Positions 10,066 through 20,537 of a stretch of DNA of 64,000 bases are shown one piece after another; the stretch's first letter is position 1, and each line of letters begins with the position of its first letter. The DNA is from an uncultured Nitrospiraceae bacterium (GTDB lineage: Bacteria > Nitrospirota > Nitrospiria > Nitrospirales > Nitrospiraceae), in contig CAWJWJ010000001.1 in the NCBI GenBank assembly GCA_963846575.1, forward strand, positions 96,001 through 160,000. The letters run 5' to 3'. A model generated the notes under the pieces. That model worked only from the letters and a program-made list of their open reading frames with translations, did not search any database and had not been told where the DNA came from. Made by a program: the position numbers and the translations under genes.

Positions 10066-13000
10066 CTACGTCGTCGAATCGCCCCGGGACGCCCGCGCCT
10101 GATCAGTCGGCTGTCGCCCTCGACGCATTCCCTTGACCGCCAGTTCAATCGCTTTGCACAAATCGTCTGCCGCACTTTCCTTCGTCAGATACCCGACCGC
10201 CCCCGCTTCCCTCACCTGATGCTCCACGTCGGGCGAACGGTGAACCGAGAGGCCGATCACGACAATATCGGGATAGCGCTCCTTGATGAGCTTGGTTGCC
10301 ACGACCCCGTCCATTCGAGGCATGTTGATATCCATGACGATCACATCAGGGCGCAGGCTGCCGGCGAGTCTCACTGCCTCCTCCCCGTCTCCCGCCTCCC
10401 CCACGACTTCCAGATGATCGAAACCCGTCACGATACTCCGGAGACCCTGACGGAGCATGGCATGGTCATCGACCAGCATCACCCGGATCGGTCCGGTTGA
10501 GGCCGATGACAGAGGGGATTCAGATGCCGACGAGGGGACGGCCGATCCGGCACGCCGGTCGCCACCCGGAGCGGGTTCTTCCTGCGGCTGGAGCGGCAGG
10601 ATGAGCCTCGCCGTCGTGCCCTCCCCCGCCACTGACTCAATTTCGAATTGACCGCCCAATGCGGTCATCCGCTCGCGAATACTGAACAGGCCGAATTTGG
10701 TCGCCGCCGATGATGAACGTTCCACGGCCGCCAGATCAAATCCGCGTCCCTCGTCCTGCACCTCGAGTTGGACCAGACCATCCCGATACAGGAGGCTGAC
10801 CAACGCGTGTGTCGTTCCCGCATGTTTCGCGATATTGATCAGCAATTCCCGCACGGATTGAAACAGGAGCACGGCCCGATCCTCGGAGATCGTCCATCCG
10901 GAGCCCTCCGGCGTCTCCACAGTGACGGTCAAGTGATACCGTTCCATCTGACTGGCCAACCAGCGCAAGGCAGCCGAGAGACCGAACTCATGCAGAACCG
11001 GCGGACTCAGGCTGGCCACAAGGGTACGGGTGTACGTGAGGGCCTCGTCCAGAGAACCATCGGCATCCTTGATGAAATCGAGGCTCGGCTGAGCGAGGCC
11101 CTCGACACGCTTGGCCTGGCCCAACTTCAACCGCCCCAGCACCAGGAGCTGCGCGAGATGGTCGTGCAGTTCCGAAGCCAGCTTCGTACGTTCGCGATGC
11201 TCTGCGAGATTGAGTTCCGTCGCCAACTCCCTGAGCCGGGCCTGGGATTGGAGGAGTTCATCCGTCCGCGATTCCACCAGCCGTTCCAATTGGCCCGCGA
11301 ACGACCGCAGTTGTTCTTCGCTCGCACGCAAGGCTGCCTCCGCCCCTTTGCGCCTGATCCACTGGGCAATGCCGTCGGCCGCTGAAGCGAGTTCATTGAA
11401 TGCCTGGGGCGACAGCGCGTGGCGGGCAAACACCGCCAGGACTCCGCACACCCGGCCCTCGAGCAGCATGGGATACCCCGCAAACGCCACCATGCCTTCG
11501 CGCTGGGCCCAGGCAGGGTCGCTGATATTCGGGTCGTGTTGCACGTCATTCGTCAACAGCGGTTGGCCGGATTGAGCGATGCGCCCGATCTTGTACGTCC
11601 CCACCTTGACCCGCGAATGGGATCCGGTGAGGCTCGTGTAGATGCCCGCGCTCCCCAACAACTCCAAGACCTGCTCCTCGTCCTTCAGCGTCCAGATTCT
11701 TGCGAACGCCACGTCGAGATGCCGCACCAGCGCCTCACAACATTTTTGCAGGACCGCTGTCAGGGACCGTTCCGGGCTCACCAGGGCCGTATTGAGATCC
11801 GCGCGCAACCGGGCAAATCGCGCCCGCTCTCGCAACGATTCCTCGGCGCGTTTGCGTTCGGTCACGTCCTGCATGGCGCCGATCATCCGAATCCCCCGCC
11901 TGCCGCCATCGCGAATCACATAACCTCGATCGAAGACTTCCGCGTAGGAACCGTCCGCGCGGCGAAACCGATACTCATCCCGCCAGACGGTCTCCCCCCC
12001 GTCGAGGACCGCATGGATGCCTGTCACCACCCTCGTCCGGTCATCAGCATGGATCTGCTCATACCACCACGCGATATCCGGGCCCACCTGTTCTCCGGCA
12101 TAGCCGAACAAGGTCTGCACACCGTCATTCCACCAGAGGCCATTGGTGCCCAGGTCCCAGCTCCAAATGGCATCGTTCGTCGCACGCGCAGCGATTTGGA
12201 ATCGCTGTTCGCTCTCGCGTAACGCCTGTTCCACTTGTTTGAGTTCCGTGATGTCGAGCGCGACGCCGAAGTTCCGCACCGGCAGGCCGGTCGCGTCATA
12301 CTCCGTTTGAGCACGATTCCCGATCCATCGCACGGTGCCATCCGGCCGCACCATCCGAAATTCGTGCACGAATTCCCGCCGTTCACGCACCGTCTCCTCG
12401 AAATGCCTCCAGAACTCCGCACGGTCGTCAGGATGCATGAAGGTCTCGAGCGCCTCGCGGGTGGGGGTGAACCGCGCTTCGTCCACGCCGAACAGAGGAA
12501 ACATCTCCGTGGACCACCAGAGCTTGTCCCGCACCAAATCCAGATCATAGACCCCCATGCGACCGGCCTTCAGCGCGAACGACAACCGTTCGCGTTCCAG
12601 GCGCAACGCCGTCTCGGCGCGCGTGCGTTCGGTGATGTCGCTCCCGGTCGGGGCCAGGAACAGGACCCGGCCGGTCGCATCCTTGACCGGAGCAATGATC
12701 AGATCCACGAACCGTTCGGTCCCGTCCGCCCAAAAGTAGGTGGCCTCCTGTCGAAAGAGCCGTCCCTCCGCCGCCTGTCGCGATCCTTCACGAACCATGT
12801 CCATCAAGGCCGGCGAACGATTCCACCAGCCACAGTCCCAGAACTTCTTGCCGATGACCTCGTCCCGTGAGAATCCGCAGGCTTCCAGTGACAGGCGATT
12901 GGCCTCAATCAGGGTGCCATCCGGCGCCATCAGACCGGCGAAATACGATCCCTGATCGAAGAAGGTGCGGAACTTGGCATTGGCCTCGGAGGCGGCCATT

Positions 13001-15693
13001 GCATCCGCCGCCGCATGGCGCTGCCATTCCTCGACCTGTTTGCGTTCGGACACGTCGATGCAGGACCCGATAAACCCGAGAAACTCACCCTGTTCGCCGG
13101 TGAAGGGGGCCGCCGCGTCGAGGATCCAACGATAGGCTCCATCCTGCCGCTTGAGCCGATACTCCACCCGAAACGACTCATGCCGGCGGTTGGCGTGATG
13201 GAAGAGGTCGGCCGCATTCGCACGATCGTCAGGATGGACCGCCTCCAGCCATCCAAACCCGAGACCGCTCTCGGGAGCCTGGCCGGTGAACTCATACCAG
13301 GACTTGCTGAGAAATGTGCAACTCCCGCTCGGATCCGTGACCCACACCATGACCGGCGCATGGTCCGCGATGTGACGGAATCGCTGTTCGCTCTCGCGGA
13401 CGGCGAAGGCCGCCTCTCGCCGGAAACGGGCCATCTTCAGGTGCGCTTCCACCCGCGCCAATAGTTCCCGCGCGCTGAACGGTTTGATGAGGTAGTCGTC
13501 GGCCCCTTCTTCCAGCCCCTCCACGCGGGCTTCCTCTCCGGCTCTGGCGGACAACACGATGACGGGGATCGCCGCGGTACCGGGATCGCCGCGTAATTCG
13601 CGCAGCAGACCGAACCCGTCCAGGTTCGGCATCATCACATCCGTCACGATCAAATCGGGACGGCGCCGCCGCACGGCGGCCAGGGCGGCGCTCCCATCCG
13701 ACAGGGCTTCGACCTCATAGCGGCGGGAAAGCAGGCGCACGACGTAGTGGCGCATGTCGGCATTGTCATCGACAACGAGCACGAGCGGGCGGCTGCTTTC
13801 CTGCTCTCCACTGGCCGGGGAACGAACATCGGGTTCCGCCTGCGGCGGCGGCATCTCGAGCATGGAGTCACGGCCCGCGCCCGGCAGCCAGCGCAGGGCC
13901 TCTTCAACAAACGGCGCAGCGCCGGTCACCCGGGAGGTGCCGAGAGTGCCACCTTCAATTCTGTCCGCCGGCAGATGTGCCGTTCCGAAGGGAACGGCCA
14001 CCACAAACGTGCTGCCTTCACCGAACCGACTCTCGACCTGCACGGAACCGCCGTGCAGCATGACCAGCTCCTGCACCAGGGCCAGGCCGATACCGCTGCC
14101 TTCATAGGTCCTGCTCCGCGCACTGGGGATACGATGAAACCGCTCGAAGAGTCGCGGGATCTGCTCCTCCGGGATGCCGGATCCGGTATCGCGCACACGC
14201 AATTCGGCGCGGGGTCCGACTTGCCGCAGGACCACGGTGATCGTGCCCTCAAATGTAAATTTCAAGGCATTGGACAGGAGATTGAGCACGATCTTTTCCC
14301 ACATCTCACGGTCGACGTATACCGCTTCATTCAGCGGGGAACAGTCCACCTCCAGACGCAGGCCCGCCCGTTCGATCGCCGACCGGAACATGCTGGCCAA
14401 TGCGACCGTAAGTGTCGCAAGGTCGGTGGGCACGTACGAGGCCTGCATGCGCCCGGCTTCGAGCCGTGAGAAATCGAGCAGCGTATTGACCAGTCGCAAC
14501 AGCCGCAGGCCATTCCGGTTGATGGTGTCCAACTGGTTCTGGGACGAAGGAGAGAGTTCGTGATGGACGTCCGTCAGCAGGTCTTCAAGCGGGCCGAGCA
14601 TGAGCGTCAGCGGTGTACGGAACTCGTGGCTGATGTTGGTGAAGAACGCCGTTTTAGCGCGATCGATTTCGGCCAATGCTTCGGCACGCTTCTTTTCCTC
14701 TTCATAGACGCGCGCGTTCGAGACCCCGTTGAGGACGCGGCTGGAAACGAGTTCGAGGAAATCCCGGTAGTCTTCGTCGAACGGGCGCCGGCGGCTAATG
14801 CCTGCCACGAAGAAGCCGTAGGGGGCACATCCTGGACGTGAGATCGGAAGGACCAACGCGGCCTGCGACAGGTTGTGGACCTGGGCGCCCTCGATCAAGA
14901 CGGGAGTACCGCTCAAGGCAACCTGAGCCAAAGACCATGGGACCTCGTCCTCCGGTGACAGGCCGATGGTGACCGGTGCATGCACGCTCCCTGGCTCGAT
15001 CCCGGTCGCGCCCACAAGAGCGGTCCGCATCAGGTTCGACCCGACTCGATAGAGCAATGTGAATGGCAGGTCTTCGGGATTATCGTTCAGTGGCCCGACG
15101 AAGCTGTTCCAGATTTGGTCCTCGCCGCTGATCGTGGCGGCACAGGCAGCCAGATCGCGCAGGGTACGCAGGCGTCGCGCGCCCAGGACCTGCCCCGTGG
15201 TTTCCGTCACCGCGCAAAACACCCCGCCGATGCCACCGCTCTCGTCGCGTATCGGACTGTAGGAGAACGTGAAATAACATTCTTCCGAAAACCCGCGCCG
15301 TTCCAGAAAGAGCAACTGGTTTTCCGACCAGGTGGCTTCCCCCTTCGAGAGCACACCGTCCAGCATCGGACCGATGATCGGCCAGATTTCCGGCCAACAT
15401 TCGCGGCCCGCCTGGCCCATGGCTTTCGGATGTTTGTTGCCGATGATCTCGCGGTAGGCGTCGTTGTAGATCTTGATGAATCGGGGTCCCCACCAGATCA
15501 CAATCGGGAACCGGGAGTTGAGGCAGGTGCTCACGGACGTGCGAAGGGACTGGGGCCAGGTCTGCACCCCCCCCAAGGCAGTCTCCGACCAGTCCATCGA
15601 GCGCACCAGTGCGCCCATTTCTCCACCACCGGCCAACCACTCGTCCGCCGGCTGGTAACCCGTTGTTCTCAAGTCGGTTTCGCCTTGACCCAT
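10066..15693 (-). CDS. Hybrid multi-sensor histidine kinase (PAS-GAF-HisKA-HATPase-REC-4xPAS-GAF-HisKA_3-HATPase-REC)
   Basis: NISHEFRTP and ELHDHLAQ H-boxes; GSGIGL and KFGL G-boxes; two receivers (VVDD..DVMMP..KPF; LVDD..DINMP..K). Confidence 0.92.
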   Translation of the reverse strand: MGQGETDLRTTGYQPADEWLAGGGEMGALVRSMDWSETALGGVQTWPQSLRTSVSTCLNSRFPIVIWWGPRFIKIYNDAYREIIGNKHPKAMGQAGRECWPEIWPIIGPMLDGVLSKGEATWSENQLLFLERRGFSEECYFTFSYSPIRDESGGIGGVFCAVTETTGQVLGARRLRTLRDLAACAATISGEDQIWNSFVGPLNDNPEDLPFTLLYRVGSNLMRTALVGATGIEPGSVHAPVTIGLSPEDEVPWSLAQVALSGTPVLIEGAQVHNLSQAALVLPISRPGCAPYGFFVAGISRRRPFDEDYRDFLELVSSRVLNGVSNARVYEEEKKRAEALAEIDRAKTAFFTNISHEFRTPLTLMLGPLEDLLTDVHHELSPSSQNQLDTINRNGLRLLRLVNTLLDFSRLEAGRMQASYVPTDLATLTVALASMFRSAIERAGLRLEVDCSPLNEAVYVDREMWEKIVLNLLSNALKFTFEGTITVVLRQVGPRAELRVRDTGSGIPEEQIPRLFERFHRIPSARSRTYEGSGIGLALVQELVMLHGGSVQVESRFGEGSTFVVAVPFGTAHLPADRIEGGTLGTSRVTGAAPFVEEALRWLPGAGRDSMLEMPPPQAEPDVRSPASGEQESSRPLVLVVDDNADMRHYVVRLLSRRYEVEALSDGSAALAAVRRRRPDLIVTDVMMPNLDGFGLLRELRGDPGTAAIPVIVLSARAGEEARVEGLEEGADDYLIKPFSARELLARVEAHLKMARFRREAAFAVRESEQRFRHIADHAPVMVWVTDPSGSCTFLSKSWYEFTGQAPESGLGFGWLEAVHPDDRANAADLFHHANRRHESFRVEYRLKRQDGAYRWILDAAAPFTGEQGEFLGFIGSCIDVSERKQVEEWQRHAAADAMAASEANAKFRTFFDQGSYFAGLMAPDGTLIEANRLSLEACGFSRDEVIGKKFWDCGWWNRSPALMDMVREGSRQAAEGRLFRQEATYFWADGTERFVDLIIAPVKDATGRVLFLAPTGSDITERTRAETALRLERERLSFALKAGRMGVYDLDLVRDKLWWSTEMFPLFGVDEARFTPTREALETFMHPDDRAEFWRHFEETVRERREFVHEFRMVRPDGTVRWIGNRAQTEYDATGLPVRNFGVALDITELKQVEQALRESEQRFQIAARATNDAIWSWDLGTNGLWWNDGVQTLFGYAGEQVGPDIAWWYEQIHADDRTRVVTGIHAVLDGGETVWRDEYRFRRADGSYAEVFDRGYVIRDGGRRGIRMIGAMQDVTERKRAEESLRERARFARLRADLNTALVSPERSLTAVLQKCCEALVRHLDVAFARIWTLKDEEQVLELLGSAGIYTSLTGSHSRVKVGTYKIGRIAQSGQPLLTNDVQHDPNISDPAWAQREGMVAFAGYPMLLEGRVCGVLAVFARHALSPQAFNELASAADGIAQWIRRKGAEAALRASEEQLRSFAGQLERLVESRTDELLQSQARLRELATELNLAEHRERTKLASELHDHLAQLLVLGRLKLGQAKRVEGLAQPSLDFIKDADGSLDEALTYTRTLVASLSPPVLHEFGLSAALRWLASQMERYHLTVTVETPEGSGWTISEDRAVLLFQSVRELLINIAKHAGTTHALVSLLYRDGLVQLEVQDEGRGFDLAAVERSSSAATKFGLFSIRERMTALGGQFEIESVAGEGTTARLILPLQPQEEPAPGGDRRAGSAVPSSASESPLSSASTGPIRVMLVDDHAMLRQGLRSIVTGFDHLEVVGEAGDGEEAVRLAGSLRPDVIVMDINMPRMDGVVATKLIKERYPDIVVIGLSVHRSPDVEHQVREAGAVGYLTKESAADDLCKAIELAVKGMRRGRQPTDQARASRGDSTT

Positions 15694-16086
15694 GCACTCC
15701 TTTCGCAGTCACTGCCTCGGTCACTTCCGCTGGATGTACCAAGAAATGCTCGAAGGACGGGAACACAGCTCAAGCGAGGGCGGCAGGGGGAACAGTGTAC
15801 TGGATGGACGCTTGCCTGTGATCCTGGGGGAACCCCTAGCATGATGCTGGCTTCGCTGGACAGGTTTTAGGCATCTCGGAGGCTTCCGCTGCTGCCGCAG
15901 AATCTGCGCCCTTCGTTCGTGGCAGGGTGGACGCGCCCATGGCGTTTCGGCTGCCGGGATAAATGCACGGTTTTTTTCATGTGCCGGAAAGGGTCCCGAT
16001 CGAGCGGCCGTCGGTCGTGGCCTGGGCGGGAGGTGCGGCTCGGCCTCCGGTTCATGGAGGCCGAGTCGCAGGAACGCTGAGGTCTG

Positions 16087-16941
16087 TTAGTGCACGGTGA
16101 ATTCCGAGGTCATCCCCTGCGCGAAATGCGGTTTGCCGGTCACAGGATCAGGAAAGAAACACAACAATCCATAATGCCCTGGCTCGAACCGCACGTCAAA
16201 AAACGCGTGGTCACCCGCTTCCAGGCCGACCACCCCGCCCACCGGCGTGCCCGGCGGGGGACCGGAGGCATCCGGCTCAAAGGCCGCGGCCCAGTCTTTC
16301 GCCGTCGCGCCGGGATCCAGCTTGACCACCACGACCTCATGCGTCTGGGTCCCGTGATTCTTCACTTGAATGGTACGGGTCCCGGACGTCACCGCTCCGG
16401 AGAGGGAAAAGCGAAAGTCGGCCTGCGTGATGGTCAGGCCCGCCTTGGGCTCGGACGCCAGGGTCGGTCTCACGCCCTTGACCGACAGCGCCTTCAGCAT
16501 GCCGAGCGCTACATGCGGCACCCCCTTCTGATCGGGAATGAGGCAAACCAGGAGATAATCTCCCTCGCTCAGCAGCATAGTGGCGAGGGAGTCCCCCCCG
16601 GGAATCACCGCATTTGGGCCGCCGACGTACTTGATCCAGTTAGGAAACCTGTCCGGGTCCGCCTTGATGGCCGCGCGAAAATCCTCTGCCGTTTTCCCCT
16701 GGAGCAATTTGATCACTTGGATGTGGTGCGGAGCATGTCCCTGGTTGACGATCTGCAGCCTCGTCACGCCTGCAGGTATATGATCAGGCCCGGCAAACCC
16801 ATAGTCCTGTGCCACGAAGACGACGGGAGCCTCATCGGTGCGAGGCCCTGCCACAGCCTGCCGGCCGCCCGTCCAGTCAAGGGTGGTTGCCGATAACACG
16901 AACAGCCCCACTGCGAACAATCGGAACGATATGCGCTCCAT
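16087..16941 (-). CDS. Exported protein with two tandem cupredoxin-like domains
   Basis: Signal peptide; two repeats each with upstream His plus C-x2-PD-x2-3-G-x-PH-x3-GM. Confidence 0.75.
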   Translation of the reverse strand: MERISFRLFAVGLFVLSATTLDWTGGRQAVAGPRTDEAPVVFVAQDYGFAGPDHIPAGVTRLQIVNQGHAPHHIQVIKLLQGKTAEDFRAAIKADPDRFPNWIKYVGGPNAVIPGGDSLATMLLSEGDYLLVCLIPDQKGVPHVALGMLKALSVKGVRPTLASEPKAGLTITQADFRFSLSGAVTSGTRTIQVKNHGTQTHEVVVVKLDPGATAKDWAAAFEPDASGPPPGTPVGGVVGLEAGDHAFFDVRFEPGHYGLLCFFPDPVTGKPHFAQGMTSEFTVH

Positions 16942-17051
16942 GGAACACTCCTTTCAATTGAGAGGTCACGGATATCATTGAGCCTGGTTGAACGTCCTGG
17001 CCATCCTCGTTTGGCCAGGCGCAACCTACCATGACGGGTCGAGCAGCGGAT

Positions 17052-17089
17052 CCTAAGAATATGCTATCGTCCGCCTAATAAATTCCTAA
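17052..17089. repeat. 11-bp-phased CCTAA direct repeats (putative winged-helix operator)
   Basis: CCTAA at 17052, 17074, 17085 and degenerate GCTAT at 17063, in an AT-rich patch just upstream of ATG 17111. Confidence 0.55.
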
Positions 17090-17110
17090 ACTCCCATTCG
17101 ACGGCATCCC

Positions 17111-17566
17111 ATGATCCCCTCACAGGTGGCCCAGCTGCTGCAAACCGGCGTCTCCGTCATGGTGGGGACCAGGGATGCCGCGCTCATGCCCGAATCCACC
17201 AGAGCCTGGGGGATCCGTGTGGAGCCGGACGGCGCCTCCGTCACGCTCTTTCTCACGGAAGCCGTTTCCCGCAAAACGATAGAGAACCTGCGGGAGAACG
17301 GGCTCATCGCCATCAGTTGCACCAGACCCACGGACCATGTGGCGTGCCAACTCAAGGGACGGCTCCGTACCATCCGGCCCGCGGCCCCTGGCGACCGCGA
17401 CTGCACTCGAACATGGCACCGTGGATTCATCGAGGAACTCGTCGCGATCGGTGTTCCGGCGCAGGTATGCGAGGGCTGGATCACCGAACCGGCGCTGGCC
17501 GTTGTAATCCAGGTCACGGATATCTTCCACCAGACGCCGGGACCCGGTGCCGGAGAAAAGGCCTAG
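17111..17566 (+). CDS. Pyridoxamine 5'-phosphate oxidase-like (FMN-binding split barrel) protein
   Basis: VGTRD..LMP..RAWG, ENLRENG, QLKG, IFHQTPGPGAG C-terminus. Confidence 0.75.
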   Translation: MIPSQVAQLLQTGVSVMVGTRDAALMPESTRAWGIRVEPDGASVTLFLTEAVSRKTIENLRENGLIAISCTRPTDHVACQLKGRLRTIRPAAPGDRDCTRTWHRGFIEELVAIGVPAQVCEGWITEPALAVVIQVTDIFHQTPGPGAGEKA

Positions 17567-17569
17567 AGC

Positions 17570-18958
17570 GTGGAAGCGCGCGCGCCGCAACTGGAGGATC
17601 TTTGGCCCTGTCTCCAGGGAATCGTCCCGGCGGCATTAAGCACCTGTGCGCGCGACGGCACGCCCAATATCACCTTCGTCAGCCAGATCCACTTTGTCGA
17701 TGCGACCCACGTCGCGATTTCGCATCAATTCTTCAACAAGACGCACCGCAACGTACGCGAGAATCCGTTGGCCTGCGCCATGGTGCTCGATCCTCGAACG
17801 CTGCGGTCCTATCGGCTCTACCTCCGCTATCATCACTCCGAATCGTCCGGCCCGCTGTTCGATTCCATGTCGCTGCAATTGCAGGCGATCGCGTCCCACG
17901 CCGGCATGACCGACGTCTTTCGCTTACGAGCCGCCGATGTCTATGAGGTGTTGCGCATCGAATCGGTCGAAGGGTTCACCAGGCTGCCCGATGCGCCGCT
18001 CGCTGAACGGCCCTCCCGCCTGTTCGTCCATCAGGACCTCGAGTCACTCCGGCTCTTCGGCGAACGGTTGAACCGCGCCGAACTATTGAGCGACCTGTTG
18101 GAGGCCTCCCTGCAGCAGCTTGATGAGTTGTTCGGTTTCCACCATGCGATGATTCTTCTGGCGGATGAACGAAACGCGAAGCTATTTACCATTGCCAGCC
18201 GCGGGTATCCGGAACATGGAGTGGGCTCCGAAGTCGGCATGGGCGAGGGCTTGATCGGGATGGTGGCCAGAGCCAGGCATGCCCTTCGACTGTCGGCCAT
18301 CGATCACAGCCTGCGATATGCCCGCGCGGTGCGGGATCGGGCGGAGGCGTTCGCCGGAGCAGAAGCGGTCTGCCGGGAAATCCCGCTTCCTGGCCTTCCA
18401 GGCGCGGCGGGCCAGATTGCGGTCCCGCTGCTGGCGCGCGGTCGCCTTGTGGGCGTGCTCGCGGTCGAAAGCACGGAACCGCTGGCCTTCATGTCTCGCG
18501 AAGACACTCTCTTGACGATCATGGCCACTCAGCTGGCAACCGGAATCGACCAGCTCAGCCGGGAGATGGAAGACTCTTCACCAACCAGCGCCGGCAAATC
18601 CAGGCCTGCTAAGACAGGCAGCCCGTCACGGGCCAGCCGGCACTTCTGTTTTTTTCACCGGGATGACTGCATGTTTGTGGATGGCGAGTACCTGATCCGG
18701 AACGTGCCGGGGCGGATTCTCTGGCGTCTGCTGACAGGTCTGCGCAACGAGGGCCGGTCCGAGTTCACGAACCGCGAACTACGCATGGACTCCTGGCTCG
18801 GACTCCCCGAAATCAAGGATAACCTGGAAAGCCGGTTGATCCTGCTGCGTAAACGGATGGAACAGAAGTGCCCGGAGGTCCGGCTCGTCCCACGAGGACG
18901 CGGCCGGTTTGCACTGGAAACCGAGGTCGCGATCGAACTCTCGGAAAAGGACACCTAG
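17570..18958 (+). CDS. PNPOx-like barrel + GAF + OmpR-type winged-helix one-component regulator
   Basis: TCARDGTPNIT/FFNKT..NVRENP barrel; GEGLIG...VPLLARGRLVGVL GAF; RILWRLL...NLESRLILLRKR...GRGRF wHTH. Confidence 0.75.
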   Translation: MEARAPQLEDLWPCLQGIVPAALSTCARDGTPNITFVSQIHFVDATHVAISHQFFNKTHRNVRENPLACAMVLDPRTLRSYRLYLRYHHSESSGPLFDSMSLQLQAIASHAGMTDVFRLRAADVYEVLRIESVEGFTRLPDAPLAERPSRLFVHQDLESLRLFGERLNRAELLSDLLEASLQQLDELFGFHHAMILLADERNAKLFTIASRGYPEHGVGSEVGMGEGLIGMVARARHALRLSAIDHSLRYARAVRDRAEAFAGAEAVCREIPLPGLPGAAGQIAVPLLARGRLVGVLAVESTEPLAFMSREDTLLTIMATQLATGIDQLSREMEDSSPTSAGKSRPAKTGSPSRASRHFCFFHRDDCMFVDGEYLIRNVPGRILWRLLTGLRNEGRSEFTNRELRMDSWLGLPEIKDNLESRLILLRKRMEQKCPEVRLVPRGRGRFALETEVAIELSEKDT

Positions 18959-18994
18959 TCCGTACCCGTCATCCCCCAATCAGCGACCTCACCC

Positions 18995-19552
18995 TCACAA
19001 CCCGAAGGCGGAGCGGATCTGCCGCACGATCTCCCGCGGAGGCAGTGCGGCGTCGACCAGGAGGGCATCATCCGGTTCCTCCAGGATTGCGAACTGGCTG
19101 TTCAGGAGTTCCTCCCGCATGAAGTGATCCGTCCGGTGGGACAGGCGTCGACGGAAGAGATCTTTGCTCCCCTTCAGATACACCAACCGGAGATGGGAAT
19201 CACACCCGTTCGCCACAAAGGCTCGATAACGCGCTTTCAAAATCGAACAAGCCAGAACGGCCGGTTGATCTCTACTGATGCGATCAACGATGGCGGAATG
19301 CATCCGCTCGAGCCATGGCTGGCGATCGGCATCCGTGAGCGCATGGCCCTGCCGCATCTTTTCGACATTCGCCGCCGGGTGAAAATCATCGCCGTCGGAG
19401 AACTGCCAGCCCAGTTCATCCGCCAGGCAGCGGCCAACCGTCGATTTTCCTGCGCCAGCGACGCCCATGACCAGAATGACCACGTTGCTTAAACTTTCTC
19501 GATCTGCCGCAATACCAGAGTTCGGAGATGGGCCTTGTCTCCACCCCGCCAT
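18995..19552 (-). CDS. gntK: Gluconokinase
   Basis: MGVAGAGKST P-loop, DGDDFHP, LTDADRQPWL, ACS.LK, HFM...LLNSQFAILEEP; start may be ~19483. Confidence 0.9.
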   Translation of the reverse strand: MAGWRQGPSPNSGIAADRESLSNVVILVMGVAGAGKSTVGRCLADELGWQFSDGDDFHPAANVEKMRQGHALTDADRQPWLERMHSAIVDRISRDQPAVLACSILKARYRAFVANGCDSHLRLVYLKGSKDLFRRRLSHRTDHFMREELLNSQFAILEEPDDALLVDAALPPREIVRQIRSAFGL

Positions 19553-19900
19553 TCAAGGAAGCCGGGTGCTCCCCGTATCAACAGTCAGATGCGCGATGAT
19601 GATGTTGGCGTCACGGATGGGATCGACCGTAAACGCGGCCGCATCCCGTTGCGTCACAGCGGTGCTCAGTCGTTCAGCCGCTTCCCGGACCGATGTGGGG
19701 AAACCCGCACGCCGGTGAATCTGTCGCAGATGCTCCATGGCATCTCCATGCCAAGGCGGCTCAGCCCTGCGCGACAGCCATGATGCAGCAGCCAGCGCAA
19801 CGGCACGACGGGCACAGACTCGCGCTTTCCCTTCATTGCCGGTTGTCCAGGCAGCCACAGCCGCACGGAGTTCTTGCTCGACCGAGGATGGAGCAGTCAT
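19553..19900 (-). CDS. Hypothetical protein (GNEGKARVCARRA motif)
   Basis: Stop abuts the gntK start; plausible composition. Confidence 0.6.
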   Translation of the reverse strand: MTAPSSVEQELRAAVAAWTTGNEGKARVCARRAVALAAASWLSRRAEPPWHGDAMEHLRQIHRRAGFPTSVREAAERLSTAVTQRDAAAFTVDPIRDANIIIAHLTVDTGSTRLP

Positions 19901-20110
19901 GAAGCAATACGCTACGTGGCTTTCCTCTTAGCTGTCAACGTTGGCAGCGTCCGAAAAGTCGCAGGACGGATCTGCTCCGGGCAGCTCATCGCTGGAAGAA
20001 GCGGTGCGATGGGACATTGTTCCCTTTCCGCAATTCCGCTATCATCGCGCCGGCCAATCGAAACGTGCAAACGGCGATTGCCGGCGGCAGGAAACCTCGA
20101 CCCCCCTCAC

Positions 20111-20359
20111 ATGATCTGGACCGTCTACATCATCGAATGTACTGATGGCAGTCTCTACACAGGGATCACGAACGATGTGGAGCGGCGGATGAAGGCCCAC
20201 GCCGACGGCAGAGGCGCGAAATACACCAGGCGTCGTGGACCGTTCACGCTACGGTATACCGAACGGCACGCCGACAAGGGTGCTGCCCTGCAGCGTGAGG
20301 CCGCGATTAAATCGCTAGCGCGATCGGCGAAGGCGGCCTTGTTCTCGGTTGGTCGGTGA
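20111..20359 (+). CDS. GIY-YIG nuclease (UPF0213/YazA-like)
   Basis: VYIIECTDGSLYTGIT..RR..H..G.GAKYT..R.P, ALQREAAIK. Confidence 0.9.
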   Translation: MIWTVYIIECTDGSLYTGITNDVERRMKAHADGRGAKYTRRRGPFTLRYTERHADKGAALQREAAIKSLARSAKAALFSVGR

Positions 20360-20537
20360 GCTCGCGACACCGGGGACACTGACTTGAATGCCCCGTTCTG
20401 TCTATTGTTCAGCCGAGGCCGTTGAAACGAGAATTACGGCGTAGGTTGGCCTGGCATCACCCGGAAGGAGTTCGTCGCAGCATTCTCCGCAGGCTGTTTT
20501 CTGGCACAGACATCTTCCCACCCGCCCGAGGCTCCCT

